Source: Promethearchaeota archaeon | Lineage (GTDB): Archaea > Asgardarchaeota > Lokiarchaeia > Sigyniarchaeales > SOKP01 | Direction of reading: 5' to 3' | DNA: 31,300 nucleotides | NCBI GenBank assembly: GCA_048939015.1 | Contig: JBHLPW010000055.1 | Span: 1 to 31,300, forward strand | Shown here: positions 8,184 through 17,647 of the stretch, piece after piece | Position numbering within the stretch: position 1 is the first letter of the stretch | How the letters are laid out: every line of letters begins with the position of its first letter | Notes under the pieces: model-generated | What the model was told of the DNA's origin: nothing | What the model saw: only the letters and a program-made list of their open reading frames with translations | The model's database searches: none | Made by a program: the position numbers and the translations under genes

Positions 8184-8834
8184 GTGTGTGAAATGTTAGA
8201 ACTTTATACCCCTCAATATGAACAAATCAACACGAAAGAACGTATCACCATTGATTTAATAAAAGATGGTCAAGATTTTTTACAACAGTTTGATATTAGA
8301 GAAGAATTTTTGCTTGATACAATTTCATTAGTCTATAAATATCTAAGAAATAATGGAAAAATACCTCATAATCTGTATAAATTTTTTGTAGCCGCATATT
8401 ATATTATTTCAAGACATCCATTTTCGTTTCCTGCTCATGAAACTAAGAAAGAATTTTGTTACAAATTTAGTCTTCCTATAAGTTCCTTAGATTATTGTGT
8501 AGAAAAAATTACAAATTCACTAAATTATATCAAAATCTTGGATGATATGAATTTCCCCTATTTTATTGATCCTAAAAGAGATATTAGCTTAAAATTCATA
8601 AAAAATATGATTAAAGCCAAAGTAGAGAAGGCAATGATGAGTTTTCTAGTATGGAATCAGCCGATAAATTCGCAAATATTAACAGAAGAACTTGTAAATG
8701 AGGCAATTTTTGACCAAAACGCTTTTCCTGAAGAATTATTAAGACAATTATTTGAGATTGCCTATGGATATGTCGAAAACGAGTTTTTGGATTACAATCA
8801 GTATGTAAAAATGCAAAAAAAATATTTCATATAA
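8184..8834 (+). CDS. Conserved hypothetical protein with a TFIIB/cyclin-box-like helical repeat
   Basis: FL.QFDI.EE....ISLVYKYL...FFVAAYYIISR...ETKKEFC..F.L..SSL resembles a TFB core repeat (AAalYiacR...rT..Eia). No Zn-ribbon. The likely start is the ATG at 8193. Confidence 0.55.
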   Translation: MCEMLELYTPQYEQINTKERITIDLIKDGQDFLQQFDIREEFLLDTISLVYKYLRNNGKIPHNLYKFFVAAYYIISRHPFSFPAHETKKEFCYKFSLPISSLDYCVEKITNSLNYIKILDDMNFPYFIDPKRDISLKFIKNMIKAKVEKAMMSFLVWNQPINSQILTEELVNEAIFDQNAFPEELLRQLFEIAYGYVENEFLDYNQYVKMQKKYFI

Positions 8835-9041
8835 AAAATATAAGTTCTAATGTACTTTCTGTAAATTAATCAACTCGTCTATATGCTTTTTTTATTTAAA
8901 TCTTCTCTTTTATATTATTAGAGTAAAGTGAAAAATTCTTTTAAATGAAAGAATCTTCTTTCTTTTAATTAAGAATTTTCAATTGAAAAGAAATTCACCC
9001 TATAACATAGGTTTCAAACATCATATAAGAGATAAGGAACT

Positions 9042-11162
9042 ATGCTAAATTCAAGATCTGAAGAATTAACGTATGTGGATCACCTTATAGATGAAGTGAA
9101 ATTTGAAGAGGCACTAGCGATACTCAAAGATTTGGGAAATAAAGGTGAATTTTCACTCAAAGATCAGTTGTCAACGCTTCTTTTGAAAGGAAAGATATGT
9201 TTGTATAAACAACAATATCAAGATGCCCTAAAAATCGGTGAACAAGCATATCAGATGAGTCAAGAATTAGGATTAGTACCTGAATCAGTCAAAGCTCTTA
9301 TAGGAAATGCCTTTATAGGATTTATAGGGAATCTTGATAAGGCATTTATATATATTAACGATGCTGAAAAAAGATTGAATTCTATTTCAGAAGATCCTTC
9401 GACACGAAAGCTAAGAAGAGATTTGCTATTTATTAAATCCTGGCTCTTATACTTGAAAGGTAATATTGATGATGCGGAAGAATCAGCACGAGAATGTCTA
9501 AGATTAACTGAAAAAGAAAAGTTAGGTAACAAACTTGACTTAGCAAACAACTATATTTTAATTAGTTATATTTATTTAAACCAAAGCGACTTTAATTTTG
9601 TTAGAATCCTTGATTTTGCCAAGAAAAGTATGGCGATTATGGAAGAATTAGAATTTGATATAGGCATCTCAACAAGTTCCAATTTAGTTGCTCAAGTCTA
9701 TTATGCTCTATTAGTATTAAGAGTTTATAGATCTAAGGGAGGTAAACGGGTCTTCATATCTGAAGAAGACCTCAATCAGGGTTTAATATTCATTAAAAAA
9801 TGGGTATCATCTAAGCAGATTAGTAATCGAGACAAAATGGTAAATTTTAATGCTTTAGGATGGATATATTATCATAAGGGTGAAATAGACAGTAGTATAA
9901 AAAACCTCAAGCAAGCAATGGTACTAGCAAAGGAAGAAAAACGAGATGGATTTTTGGCTATCATCTTTTTTGGTTTGGGATATGCATATAGAATGAAAGG
10001 AAAATATGATCAATCTATTGAAACTACTAAATCAAGTTTGGTACTTGCTGAAAAGGTCGGAAATAATAATATAATAGTTAACTCACTAATACTACTTGTT
10101 TTTTTACACCTTGATAAAAATTCTCGCGAACAAGCTCAATCATATTTAATGCAAGCAGAAAGATACTATGAACAACTTCAAACAAAATCTATAAAATTAA
10201 ACTATTTAGCAGGAAAAGCATTGATGTTAAAAACTAGTGGTAGATCGAGAAACCGTGCAGAAGCAGAATCATTACTAAGAAAAATCCTGGAGGATCATGA
10301 AGTTGTTCCGGAGATGTTTACTATGGCTCTTATTAGCCTCTGTGAATTATATCTAGAAGATCTAAATTTATTCAATAATCTGGAACTATTAGAAGATATA
10401 AACCCACTGATTATACAAATGCTTGAATATGCAGAGGCAAGACAAACTTATCTATATTTTGCAGAAGCCAAATTATTACAAGCTAAACTTGCATTAGTAC
10501 AAATGAATACAAAGGAAGCAGAAAAAATATTGGTTGAGGCTCAACACATTGCTGAAGCTCATAACTATAAATTACTAAGCATGAAAATCTCAAGTGAACA
10601 TGATACATTGTTGGCGCAATTAGATGTTTGGAATGAACTTAAAAGAACAAATGCCCCAATTTCGGAACGTGTGAAATTGGCTTCCATTGATGGTGTTATT
10701 GATCGATTAAAGAGAAAGCGTACTGTAGAAGCCCCTAAGTTGGTTGATGAAAAACCTACTTTACTACTGATAATTACGGAGGGCGGGGTTTTAATTTTCT
10801 CTTATGCATTTACAGATGAATGGAAATTCGATGAACAGCTTTTTGGAGGATTTTTAACGGCTTTTAATTCTATTAGTGATGAGGTATTTTCTGAGGGACT
10901 TGATCGTGTTAAGTTCGGTCAACATACAGTCCTTATAGAACCCGTAGGGGATTTTTCAGTTTGTTATTTATACAAAGGACAGACCTATCTAGCGAAGCAA
11001 AAACTAGGCAAATTTTCAGAAAGGATTCAAAAAATAACTTCCATCTGGCAAACTCTCGAGAAATATTCCCAGACTAATCAAGTTCTTGAGATTAATGATA
11101 ATGCTTCACTTGAATCTCTCATAACAGAAATTTTTGTTAGCAAAAAGTATTATTCCACATAA
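9042..11162 (+). CDS. TPR-repeat protein with a C-terminal longin-like domain
   Basis: Repeated LG.IY...G..D.A...L..A..LA TPR motifs. The C-terminal LLLIITEGGVLIFSY...LFGGFLTAFNSISDEVFSEGLDRVKFGQHTVLI fits a longin-type bb-a-bbb-aa pattern. Confidence 0.8.
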   Translation: MLNSRSEELTYVDHLIDEVKFEEALAILKDLGNKGEFSLKDQLSTLLLKGKICLYKQQYQDALKIGEQAYQMSQELGLVPESVKALIGNAFIGFIGNLDKAFIYINDAEKRLNSISEDPSTRKLRRDLLFIKSWLLYLKGNIDDAEESARECLRLTEKEKLGNKLDLANNYILISYIYLNQSDFNFVRILDFAKKSMAIMEELEFDIGISTSSNLVAQVYYALLVLRVYRSKGGKRVFISEEDLNQGLIFIKKWVSSKQISNRDKMVNFNALGWIYYHKGEIDSSIKNLKQAMVLAKEEKRDGFLAIIFFGLGYAYRMKGKYDQSIETTKSSLVLAEKVGNNNIIVNSLILLVFLHLDKNSREQAQSYLMQAERYYEQLQTKSIKLNYLAGKALMLKTSGRSRNRAEAESLLRKILEDHEVVPEMFTMALISLCELYLEDLNLFNNLELLEDINPLIIQMLEYAEARQTYLYFAEAKLLQAKLALVQMNTKEAEKILVEAQHIAEAHNYKLLSMKISSEHDTLLAQLDVWNELKRTNAPISERVKLASIDGVIDRLKRKRTVEAPKLVDEKPTLLLIITEGGVLIFSYAFTDEWKFDEQLFGGFLTAFNSISDEVFSEGLDRVKFGQHTVLIEPVGDFSVCYLYKGQTYLAKQKLGKFSERIQKITSIWQTLEKYSQTNQVLEINDNASLESLITEIFVSKKYYST

Positions 11163-11224
11163 ATGTTAAATTTCTAAGATCATTCATAATTTGATAATTA
11201 TGTTAAGTATGATGTGAGAAAAGA

Positions 11225-11476
11225 ATGAAAATATCCAAATCTAACCTATTTATTATCGTAGTAATTGTCGGAACTTATATTGTCTGGTTTGTATTTTTTC
11301 AAGATGTTATAAAATTTATATTGAATAATGCAATAGAGTCAGAAACTGGAGAAATAGATATAGTAACTGGTTGGTTGGGAGTCATTATCTTGCCTGCACT
11401 TATCGCATTTTGTTTAATGGGAATAATCGCAGGAATTTACGCCTTAATACAAAGAGCAAAGAAAAATGACATTTGA
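11225..11476 (+). CDS. Small membrane protein with two TM helices
   Basis: Two hydrophobic stretches flanked by basic ends. Confidence 0.65.
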   Translation: MKISKSNLFIIVVIVGTYIVWFVFFQDVIKFILNNAIESETGEIDIVTGWLGVIILPALIAFCLMGIIAGIYALIQRAKKNDI

Positions 11477-11490
11477 ACACTACTTCTTAT

Positions 11491-12330
11491 TCATTTATAA
11501 AGATCCATCCCTCCTAATAATGTATTAATCTTTGAGAAGACACCTAAGGTTAGACTTAATTCTTTTTTAGATATTAAACTACGTCCAAGAATATTTCTAA
11601 ATGCAAAAAACACGTTTTCTTTCTTATGAGCCCGTATTTTTAATTTTTCTATTATTTCTTCTATGATTTTCAATAATATTGAACGATCTTCTTTATCAGC
11701 GATTAAGACGGGACTTTCACCTCTCCCAATTTCTAAAATATTTACTTTTTTAAATATTGCATATAAAATGATTCCACAAGCATGAGATAAATTTAAGCTG
11801 GAATAAGTATTACTCGTAGGAATTCGTAATAGTATATCAGCGATACTAATCTCTTTATTGGTCAATCCGTGTGATTCTTTCCCAAATAAGATCGCAATTT
11901 TCAAGGATTTTTCTGAAATTGGTAAGTTTAAATCTTCAGGAAAAATTGCTAATCTCTTAATATTTGAATATGTTTTTCCTTGAGCAGTAGTTGCAATAAT
12001 ATAATCAAAATTTTTCATAAAAAGTTGAAATTCAGAAAAATGATTTTCTTGATTTTTTACATCAATGATTTTTGCATTAAAAAGGATATCTTTTCCATGC
12101 ATGGCAAAACCCTGTGTTTCATAACTCAAGATATTCTCTACTTTCTCAATTGGATTAAAAATTACTAGCTTTTTGAAATTAAAATTTTCCATGACACGAG
12201 CAATAGCGCCAATATTCCCAGCATGTTCTGGTTGCACCAGGATAATCGTAAAAGATAAATTCTTATATATTTCAGCTCTATGAGTTTCTTGAAAAGACAT
12301 AATATCTCTCTTCTTTTTATTTTTATACAA
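11491..12330 (-). CDS. trmJ: tRNA (cytidine/uridine-32 2'-O)-methyltransferase, SPOUT TrmH group 1
   Basis: ILVQPEHAGNIGAIARVMENF, IATTA, ILFGKESHGLTN.E and IPT...YSSLNLSHA motifs. The likely start is the ATG at 12300. Confidence 0.85.
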   Translation of the reverse strand: MYKNKKKRDIMSFQETHRAEIYKNLSFTIILVQPEHAGNIGAIARVMENFNFKKLVIFNPIEKVENILSYETQGFAMHGKDILFNAKIIDVKNQENHFSEFQLFMKNFDYIIATTAQGKTYSNIKRLAIFPEDLNLPISEKSLKIAILFGKESHGLTNKEISIADILLRIPTSNTYSSLNLSHACGIILYAIFKKVNILEIGRGESPVLIADKEDRSILLKIIEEIIEKLKIRAHKKENVFFAFRNILGRSLISKKELSLTLGVFSKINTLLGGMDLYK

Positions 12331-12378
12331 ATTACTCCCTCCCGGATATAATTGAAAATGAGTCTCAGAAAAAATATA

Positions 12379-13209
12379 TTAACTTTCTAAAAAATCTAAA
12401 ATAATTTTATTAACTTCAGGAGCCCTTGAAAGTGTCATAAAGTGACCCGCTTTTTCTATAATTTTTAGTGTGCTATTAGGTATTTTTTCATTTATTTCCA
12501 TCATTACTGATTTAGGTGTTAATCTATCGTGTGAAGCAGCAATCAACAATGTTTCATTTCTAATTTGGTTTAACTTTTCTAATGTATAATGAGATTTCAT
12601 GGCTTCAGCTTGATTAATGATATCCTGAGGTCTTGAAGGATTAATAGCACTTTCCTTAATCAAGCTTTCTGCAGAAAACTGGTTGAAGAATAACTTATTT
12701 GGATTATTTTTCAATTCTTTTTGGAAATTCTGATGAAATCTCCATCTTAAACCCTCCCAAAAAGCATTCTCAGGATTTAATTTAAGTAAGTCTATCTCAT
12801 GAAGTCTATTATTTTTAATAATCTCAACCCATTCAGTATCAGGTCTACCATAATTAGTTGAGATTAATATTAGTTTATCTAAAAACTCAGGGTAAGACAA
12901 GGCGAAATGTTGGGCAATCATTCCTCCAAAACTTCGACCTATTAAGTGAATTTTACTAATCTGAAGAAAATCCATTAAGCCCTTTATATCATCTACAAAC
13001 ATTTTCATAGAGTAGGGATAATTAGGTCTATCAGATTTTCCAGTTCCTCTTAGGTCAATAGTAATAGTTTTGAATTTTTTGCTTAACTCTTTTGTCTGAG
13101 GTTTCCAAACTTCCTTTTTTGCGCCAAAACCGTGAATAAATATTATTGGAAACCCAGTTCCTCTAATCTCATAAGATATATTTATACCATTAACATATGC
13201 AGAGCTCAT
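12379..13209 (-). CDS. Alpha/beta-fold hydrolase
   Basis: HGF oxyanion motif, DLRGTGKS, nucleophile elbow GRSFGG, HD and AGH triad residues. Confidence 0.9.
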   Translation of the reverse strand: MSSAYVNGINISYEIRGTGFPIIFIHGFGAKKEVWKPQTKELSKKFKTITIDLRGTGKSDRPNYPYSMKMFVDDIKGLMDFLQISKIHLIGRSFGGMIAQHFALSYPEFLDKLILISTNYGRPDTEWVEIIKNNRLHEIDLLKLNPENAFWEGLRWRFHQNFQKELKNNPNKLFFNQFSAESLIKESAINPSRPQDIINQAEAMKSHYTLEKLNQIRNETLLIAASHDRLTPKSVMMEINEKIPNSTLKIIEKAGHFMTLSRAPEVNKIILDFLES

Positions 13210-13386
13210 AATACATAAAAATTATCAATAAATAATTATATTTTCTATATTGTTACTAAAAATTAATTAAATTCTGTTTAAACAATATTTTTCACTATTT
13301 TTTAAATCGAACACTATTCTAAATGATAGATATAAATATTTATAGTCTCATTAGTAAGTTATAAAAACATTTTTACAAACTTATGG

Positions 13387-13989
13387 ATGGAATTAATGCC
13401 TGTTTATAAAAATATTGGGGAATTCCTTGAATTTATTAATATTAGCAACGAAAAATTCACTCTCTTTGAGTGGAAACCACTAAGATCTATGAGACGATTC
13501 GATTTAGACTTAAATATTGTGAAAGAAAATCCTATTTCTGACATATTTTTCCATAAAGATAAGGGAAATATGAAAATTGTGTACATAAGACTACATAATC
13601 TCTTATACACAGTAGGAGCAAGTCCAAAAGTTCAATATCAGCTACTTGAAGCATTGCTAGAATATGTAGATTTGAAGTTTAATGAAATGTATGATGTAGA
13701 AGTAATATTATCATATGGGGATTTCTCTCCAGGTCTTTTTAATGAATTTAATGGTCAGATTGAGAATATCATAAAGAATTTCGCAGATTTAGATTTAGTT
13801 AAAAGAATTCAGGTAGAATGCAGAGCTTGTAAAACAGTTCTCCCTCTGTTTATAAAAAGGAGCGTTATTGAGCACGCAGAGAGTCATCCAGTCCCAATTG
13901 TATATTCTCATAAGGGACACGCTATACTTTGCTTTATTGACCGAAATTATCAACATAGAGGAGTCGAACTAGTAAATATTACAGGCTAG
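13387..13989 (+). CDS. Hypothetical protein: longin-like domain plus C-terminal CxxC...HxxH zinc-binding module
   Basis: MKIVYIR..NLLYTVGA...LLEALLE.V...F.EMY matches the longin C-terminal half. The tail reads CRAC...YSHKGH..LCFIDRNY..RGVE. Confidence 0.55.
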   Translation: MELMPVYKNIGEFLEFINISNEKFTLFEWKPLRSMRRFDLDLNIVKENPISDIFFHKDKGNMKIVYIRLHNLLYTVGASPKVQYQLLEALLEYVDLKFNEMYDVEVILSYGDFSPGLFNEFNGQIENIIKNFADLDLVKRIQVECRACKTVLPLFIKRSVIEHAESHPVPIVYSHKGHAILCFIDRNYQHRGVELVNITG

Positions 13990-14049
13990 TTAAAACGTAA
14001 ATCCTACTTAATTAGTAACTCCTTATAAATCCTCAATAATATATTTTAA

Positions 14050-15192
14050 ATGTATAATAAAAATATTATATATATGGAAGAAAATCAGAATTCCGATGAT
14101 AAATTCTATATCTTCGAGGATATAGTAAAGAAGACAAAAACAGGAATTACTTTTCCAAAAAGTTTAAGGGAGTTGTTATTCGAAGAAGATACTGAAGTCT
14201 TTTTCAGATTAGTCGTTCCTAATGAAAAAGATAAAATTATATTAGAATTTTTATCTGAAGAACAAGTAAAAGAACTATCAGAGAAATTAAAAGCAAAAAA
14301 ACCTAAAACAGAGAGAGCTCAAAAAGTTCCAGGGGAAGCAAAACCCTCAAAAGTTAAGAAATCAGCCGGTCCAAGCCCTGCTTGGGGAGAATATTTTGTT
14401 TATGATTTTGAAGCCAAGGATAAAGTAATGCCAATTCTTGAATCAGCATTTTATAAATTTGCGGAAAAACCTCTTAATTTAGAGGATGCTATGGGACGTG
14501 TAAAATATGCGCTCGTATCATTTCTTTCCTCAACGAAAACAGAAAATGCAAAACTGTATTTTGCTATTGAAAAATTCTTAATCGATATAATTGACCATTT
14601 TAACCAACCTAATTTACTCGACTGGATTTTTGAAAAGATTATACCTAATATAGAGAGCAAATTTCTTTATGAGCAGGCTCTTTTAGAATTAGTCGAAGCA
14701 AGTTTAAAATTTAAAAGATGGGAGAAAGCTGAAATATACATTTTTTATGTTTTAAAGAATATTGATAGTTATTCTAAATCTGAAATGTATAACATTATGA
14801 ACAGCTTTAAACAGTTGGTTAAAAAAGTCAAATATGTTGAAAGATCAGATAAAATTGACATTTTACTTAAAGAAAAACTAATGGAATACGGCCAAGATCT
14901 TGATGTAGATTATAAAATCCAAATAATTGAGTTCTTAGAGGATTTAAAGTATATCGAATTAGCTTATGATTTAGCTAAAGATGTTCAAGTAAATTTACCT
15001 CCAGATAGTTTGAAAATTGAGGATATAAGGAAATTAGTCCGAAGATTACATATTACTCCTATTGCTGAAAACAAACCTGAGTCTAGTATGGATTTTGAAG
15101 AAGATGATTCATCAGAAGAAGATGATTCATCAGAAGAAGATAATACATCAGAAGAAGATGATATATCAGAAGAAGATGATAATACAGATTAA
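14050..15192 (+). CDS. Protein with AbrB/SpoVT-like N-terminal domain, Lys-rich linker, helical-repeat domain and acidic tail
   Basis: KKTKTGITFPKSLRELL...EVFFRL....KIILE resembles an AbrB swapped hairpin; amphipathic helical C-half; tail of 5 EEDxxS-type units. The start may be the ATG at 14074. Confidence 0.55.
   Translation: MYNKNIIYMEENQNSDDKFYIFEDIVKKTKTGITFPKSLRELLFEEDTEVFFRLVVPNEKDKIILEFLSEEQVKELSEKLKAKKPKTERAQKVPGEAKPSKVKKSAGPSPAWGEYFVYDFEAKDKVMPILESAFYKFAEKPLNLEDAMGRVKYALVSFLSSTKTENAKLYFAIEKFLIDIIDHFNQPNLLDWIFEKIIPNIESKFLYEQALLELVEASLKFKRWEKAEIYIFYVLKNIDSYSKSEMYNIMNSFKQLVKKVKYVERSDKIDILLKEKLMEYGQDLDVDYKIQIIEFLEDLKYIELAYDLAKDVQVNLPPDSLKIEDIRKLVRRLHITPIAENKPESSMDFEEDDSSEEDDSSEEDNTSEEDDISEEDDNTD
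15097..15186 (+). repeat. 5 x 18-bp coding tandem repeat (gaagaagatgattcatca consensus)
   Basis: Units start at 15097, 15115, 15133, 15151 and 15169. The first two are identical and the later units diverge. Confidence 0.92.
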
Positions 15193-16466
15193 TCTTCTTT
15201 ATTTTTTTTCTCTTCTTCTTGAGACTTTCTGAGTTCTTCTTCAACTCTTTTCATTTCTTCTTCCTGAATCTTCTGCTGTTTTTGTTCAATTGATTTCTGT
15301 TTTAGTTCTAATTCAACTTGAGATAACTCTTTTTCACGCTCAATTAATTCTTCTTTTAACTTAAGTGCTTTTTCTCTCTCTAAAATTTCTTTCTCTTCTA
15401 ATTCTTTTTCTTTTTTCTCTATTTCAATTTTTTTCTTTTTGATTTCTAAGTCTTTCTTTTTTAATTCAATTTCTTTATCAATAATTTCTTCCTCTTTCTT
15501 CTTAAGCTTTTTTGGAAGTTTTTTTTCTGCAACTTCTCCAATTCCACTTTCTTTTTCCAAAATCTCTTCCTTAAGTTTGAGAACTTCTTCTTTCTTTTGA
15601 ATTACTTTTTCTTCAATCTCCTTTTCTTTTTCCTCTAATTCTAGTTTTCTTTTCTTTATCTCTAATTCTTTTTTCTTTAACTCAAATTCTTTATCCAGAA
15701 TTTTTGATTCTTCTTTTTCTAGAATTTCTTCTTTTTCTTCTCCAATAGTAGATTCAGAGATTTCAGTTTCTTTTTTTAAGGATTCTGTTTTAATACTATC
15801 TTCCTCCACAATTTCTCCAATTTTATCAACAGAAACAATAGATTTTAAGATTTGATCTATTAGCTTCTTTAGTTCTTCATTTTCTGGAATTTCTGCAACT
15901 TCTTTTGCATATTCAGTTAGAATTTTTGTCATTATTTTTGGACATCCCTCACCAATGGATTTTAAGGCTTGAACTGCTTTTTCTACAATGAACTCTTTTT
16001 CATCATTTAACTTTTCGAGTATTGTTCTAATTAGAGACTCATCATCGATGCATGCATCTCCACCAGCCATATAGATTAACATTTGTAATGCAGCTTCTCG
16101 AACATTAGGATCTTCTGATTTTATTAATTCTTCACTATATGGAAGAAAAAGATCACTTTCCTCCTCACAAATTGTTTTTAATAATAAAAGAAAAGTATAT
16201 CGTAATACAGAATCTTTTTTTGATAAATTTTCTAATAAAGAGGGAATATCAATCACAAGATTTTCAATTAAAAATCTTAATACAGTCCGACCACCGTGGA
16301 GAGTCATTAATGTTTCTATAATATCTTCTAGTCTATTTAAATAATCAACTTGTGAAGAATCTCCAAGATGTAGGGCAATAATGTTTACAGCATCATCAAA
16401 TCTTCCGTCTTTCACAAAATCTTTAATTTGATTGATTTCTACACTTATTTTTTCGTCATCACTCAT
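15189..16466 (-). CDS. HEAT/ARM-repeat head plus long Lys/Glu coiled-coil protein
   Basis: HEAT motifs LENLSKKDSVLR, SEDPNVREAALQML and LNDEKEFIVEKAVQAL. The C-terminal ~190 aa is a K/E coiled coil containing a duplicated ~55-aa module. Confidence 0.78.
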   Translation of the reverse strand: MSDDEKISVEINQIKDFVKDGRFDDAVNIIALHLGDSSQVDYLNRLEDIIETLMTLHGGRTVLRFLIENLVIDIPSLLENLSKKDSVLRYTFLLLLKTICEEESDLFLPYSEELIKSEDPNVREAALQMLIYMAGGDACIDDESLIRTILEKLNDEKEFIVEKAVQALKSIGEGCPKIMTKILTEYAKEVAEIPENEELKKLIDQILKSIVSVDKIGEIVEEDSIKTESLKKETEISESTIGEEKEEILEKEESKILDKEFELKKKELEIKKRKLELEEKEKEIEEKVIQKKEEVLKLKEEILEKESGIGEVAEKKLPKKLKKKEEEIIDKEIELKKKDLEIKKKKIEIEKKEKELEEKEILEREKALKLKEELIEREKELSQVELELKQKSIEQKQQKIQEEEMKRVEEELRKSQEEEKKNKED

Positions 16467-16487
16467 TTAAATCCCCTTTTTAAACAT

Positions 16488-17441
16488 TTATTCAACCCAT
16501 ATTATATAAAATTCGTTATAAATTCGAGTTATAAAATTAAGAATTAATCGTAAATCCCTATATCTTAATACTGATTTTTCTCCTTCTTCAGTGTAAGTAT
16601 TTGTTAAGAGATTTACAAATAAAACTATTTCTAAATTTTGATTTTCATCTTCATTTAAATTTATTTGTTTACAATATTGTGTTAAAGCGTTAAGATCTTC
16701 CCAGAATGTATTCCAAAAATACTTATCTGCTTTAGAATCATTAGAAGATGGTACTTTTGAAATTTGAGTAAGTACATCATAGGGCACTTTAAGTGTTATT
16801 TCTACTTGCTTTGAAGGGATGTAATTTAATTTAACCTCAGGAAAATAAATCCCCGCATAGAGTTTACAAACCCCATTCAATAACTCAAGACTTACCATAC
16901 TTTCTCTACTAGCATTACAGAGGACATATTTTTCTTTAAAAAAAACAATATGAATTCGATCTTCAAATTTGAATAATAAATAATTATTGGTTTTTAGATA
17001 TTCAAATTTTTCATCCCTATTATATATCCTGTCGTCGAATATTTTAAACGCATCTTCCCATTTATTAAGAGAAATAAATTTATTCAATTTGCGATAATCT
17101 CCATGAAAGAAGACATCTAAAAAATCAATCAAATACAAATAGCTATCATATGGACGATAAATTACTGTTTTGTTTCTGAAAAATCTTTCAACAACACCTT
17201 TATGGACACTGTAACAAAATTTTGGTAAATCATCTAGGGTAAGACCACTTTTAATTCGAAGCTTTAATAAATGTCTTCTCGAACATTTTGGTTGTAAGGT
17301 GCACGCTATTCTGTCTACTTGACACTCCTCAAAACATAACTTATCTATAGTATCCCTTAATAATTCAATTAACTCTGATTTATTTTTTGTGTCCGATTCT
17401 TTGTTTAAATACTTTATAATATGATCTGGTTGGAGTGGCAT
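16488..17441 (-). CDS. Hypothetical protein with an N-terminal Cys cluster
   Basis: Long ORF with C-x3-C-x6-C-x5-C plus FCYSVH; lies 21 nt upstream of the HEAT/coiled-coil gene. Confidence 0.7.
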   Translation of the reverse strand: MPLQPDHIIKYLNKESDTKNKSELIELLRDTIDKLCFEECQVDRIACTLQPKCSRRHLLKLRIKSGLTLDDLPKFCYSVHKGVVERFFRNKTVIYRPYDSYLYLIDFLDVFFHGDYRKLNKFISLNKWEDAFKIFDDRIYNRDEKFEYLKTNNYLLFKFEDRIHIVFFKEKYVLCNASRESMVSLELLNGVCKLYAGIYFPEVKLNYIPSKQVEITLKVPYDVLTQISKVPSSNDSKADKYFWNTFWEDLNALTQYCKQINLNEDENQNLEIVLFVNLLTNTYTEEGEKSVLRYRDLRLILNFITRIYNEFYIIWVE

Positions 17442-17647
17442 TTCGATTGATTTTAAATTATAATTCTATCTATCTTATTCTATGTAATAGAAATAATTAA
17501 GTCTATTATTTTTTTTTATTTAACTCAAATATTTTATAAGATGAGTAGAATAGAGATATATTAAATTATAAAAAATTATTAATTAACATTTCTTCTATTG
17601 TTATAATAATAAACATGTCCAATCATTTCAATTCGGTATAATAGAAT

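Noticed and set aside
6617-8834. Integrated mobile element around the DUF559 and RHH genes
   Set aside because: No integrase or transposase, terminal repeats, target duplications or obvious compositional shift.
8976-8989. Perfect palindrome ttttcaattgaaaa upstream of the TPR gene
   Set aside because: Almost entirely A/T and a single copy, so plausible by chance at this base composition.
15097-15186. Direct repeats as a possible CRISPR array
   Set aside because: The 18-bp units are contiguous with no spacers, lie in frame in a CDS, and there are no cas genes.
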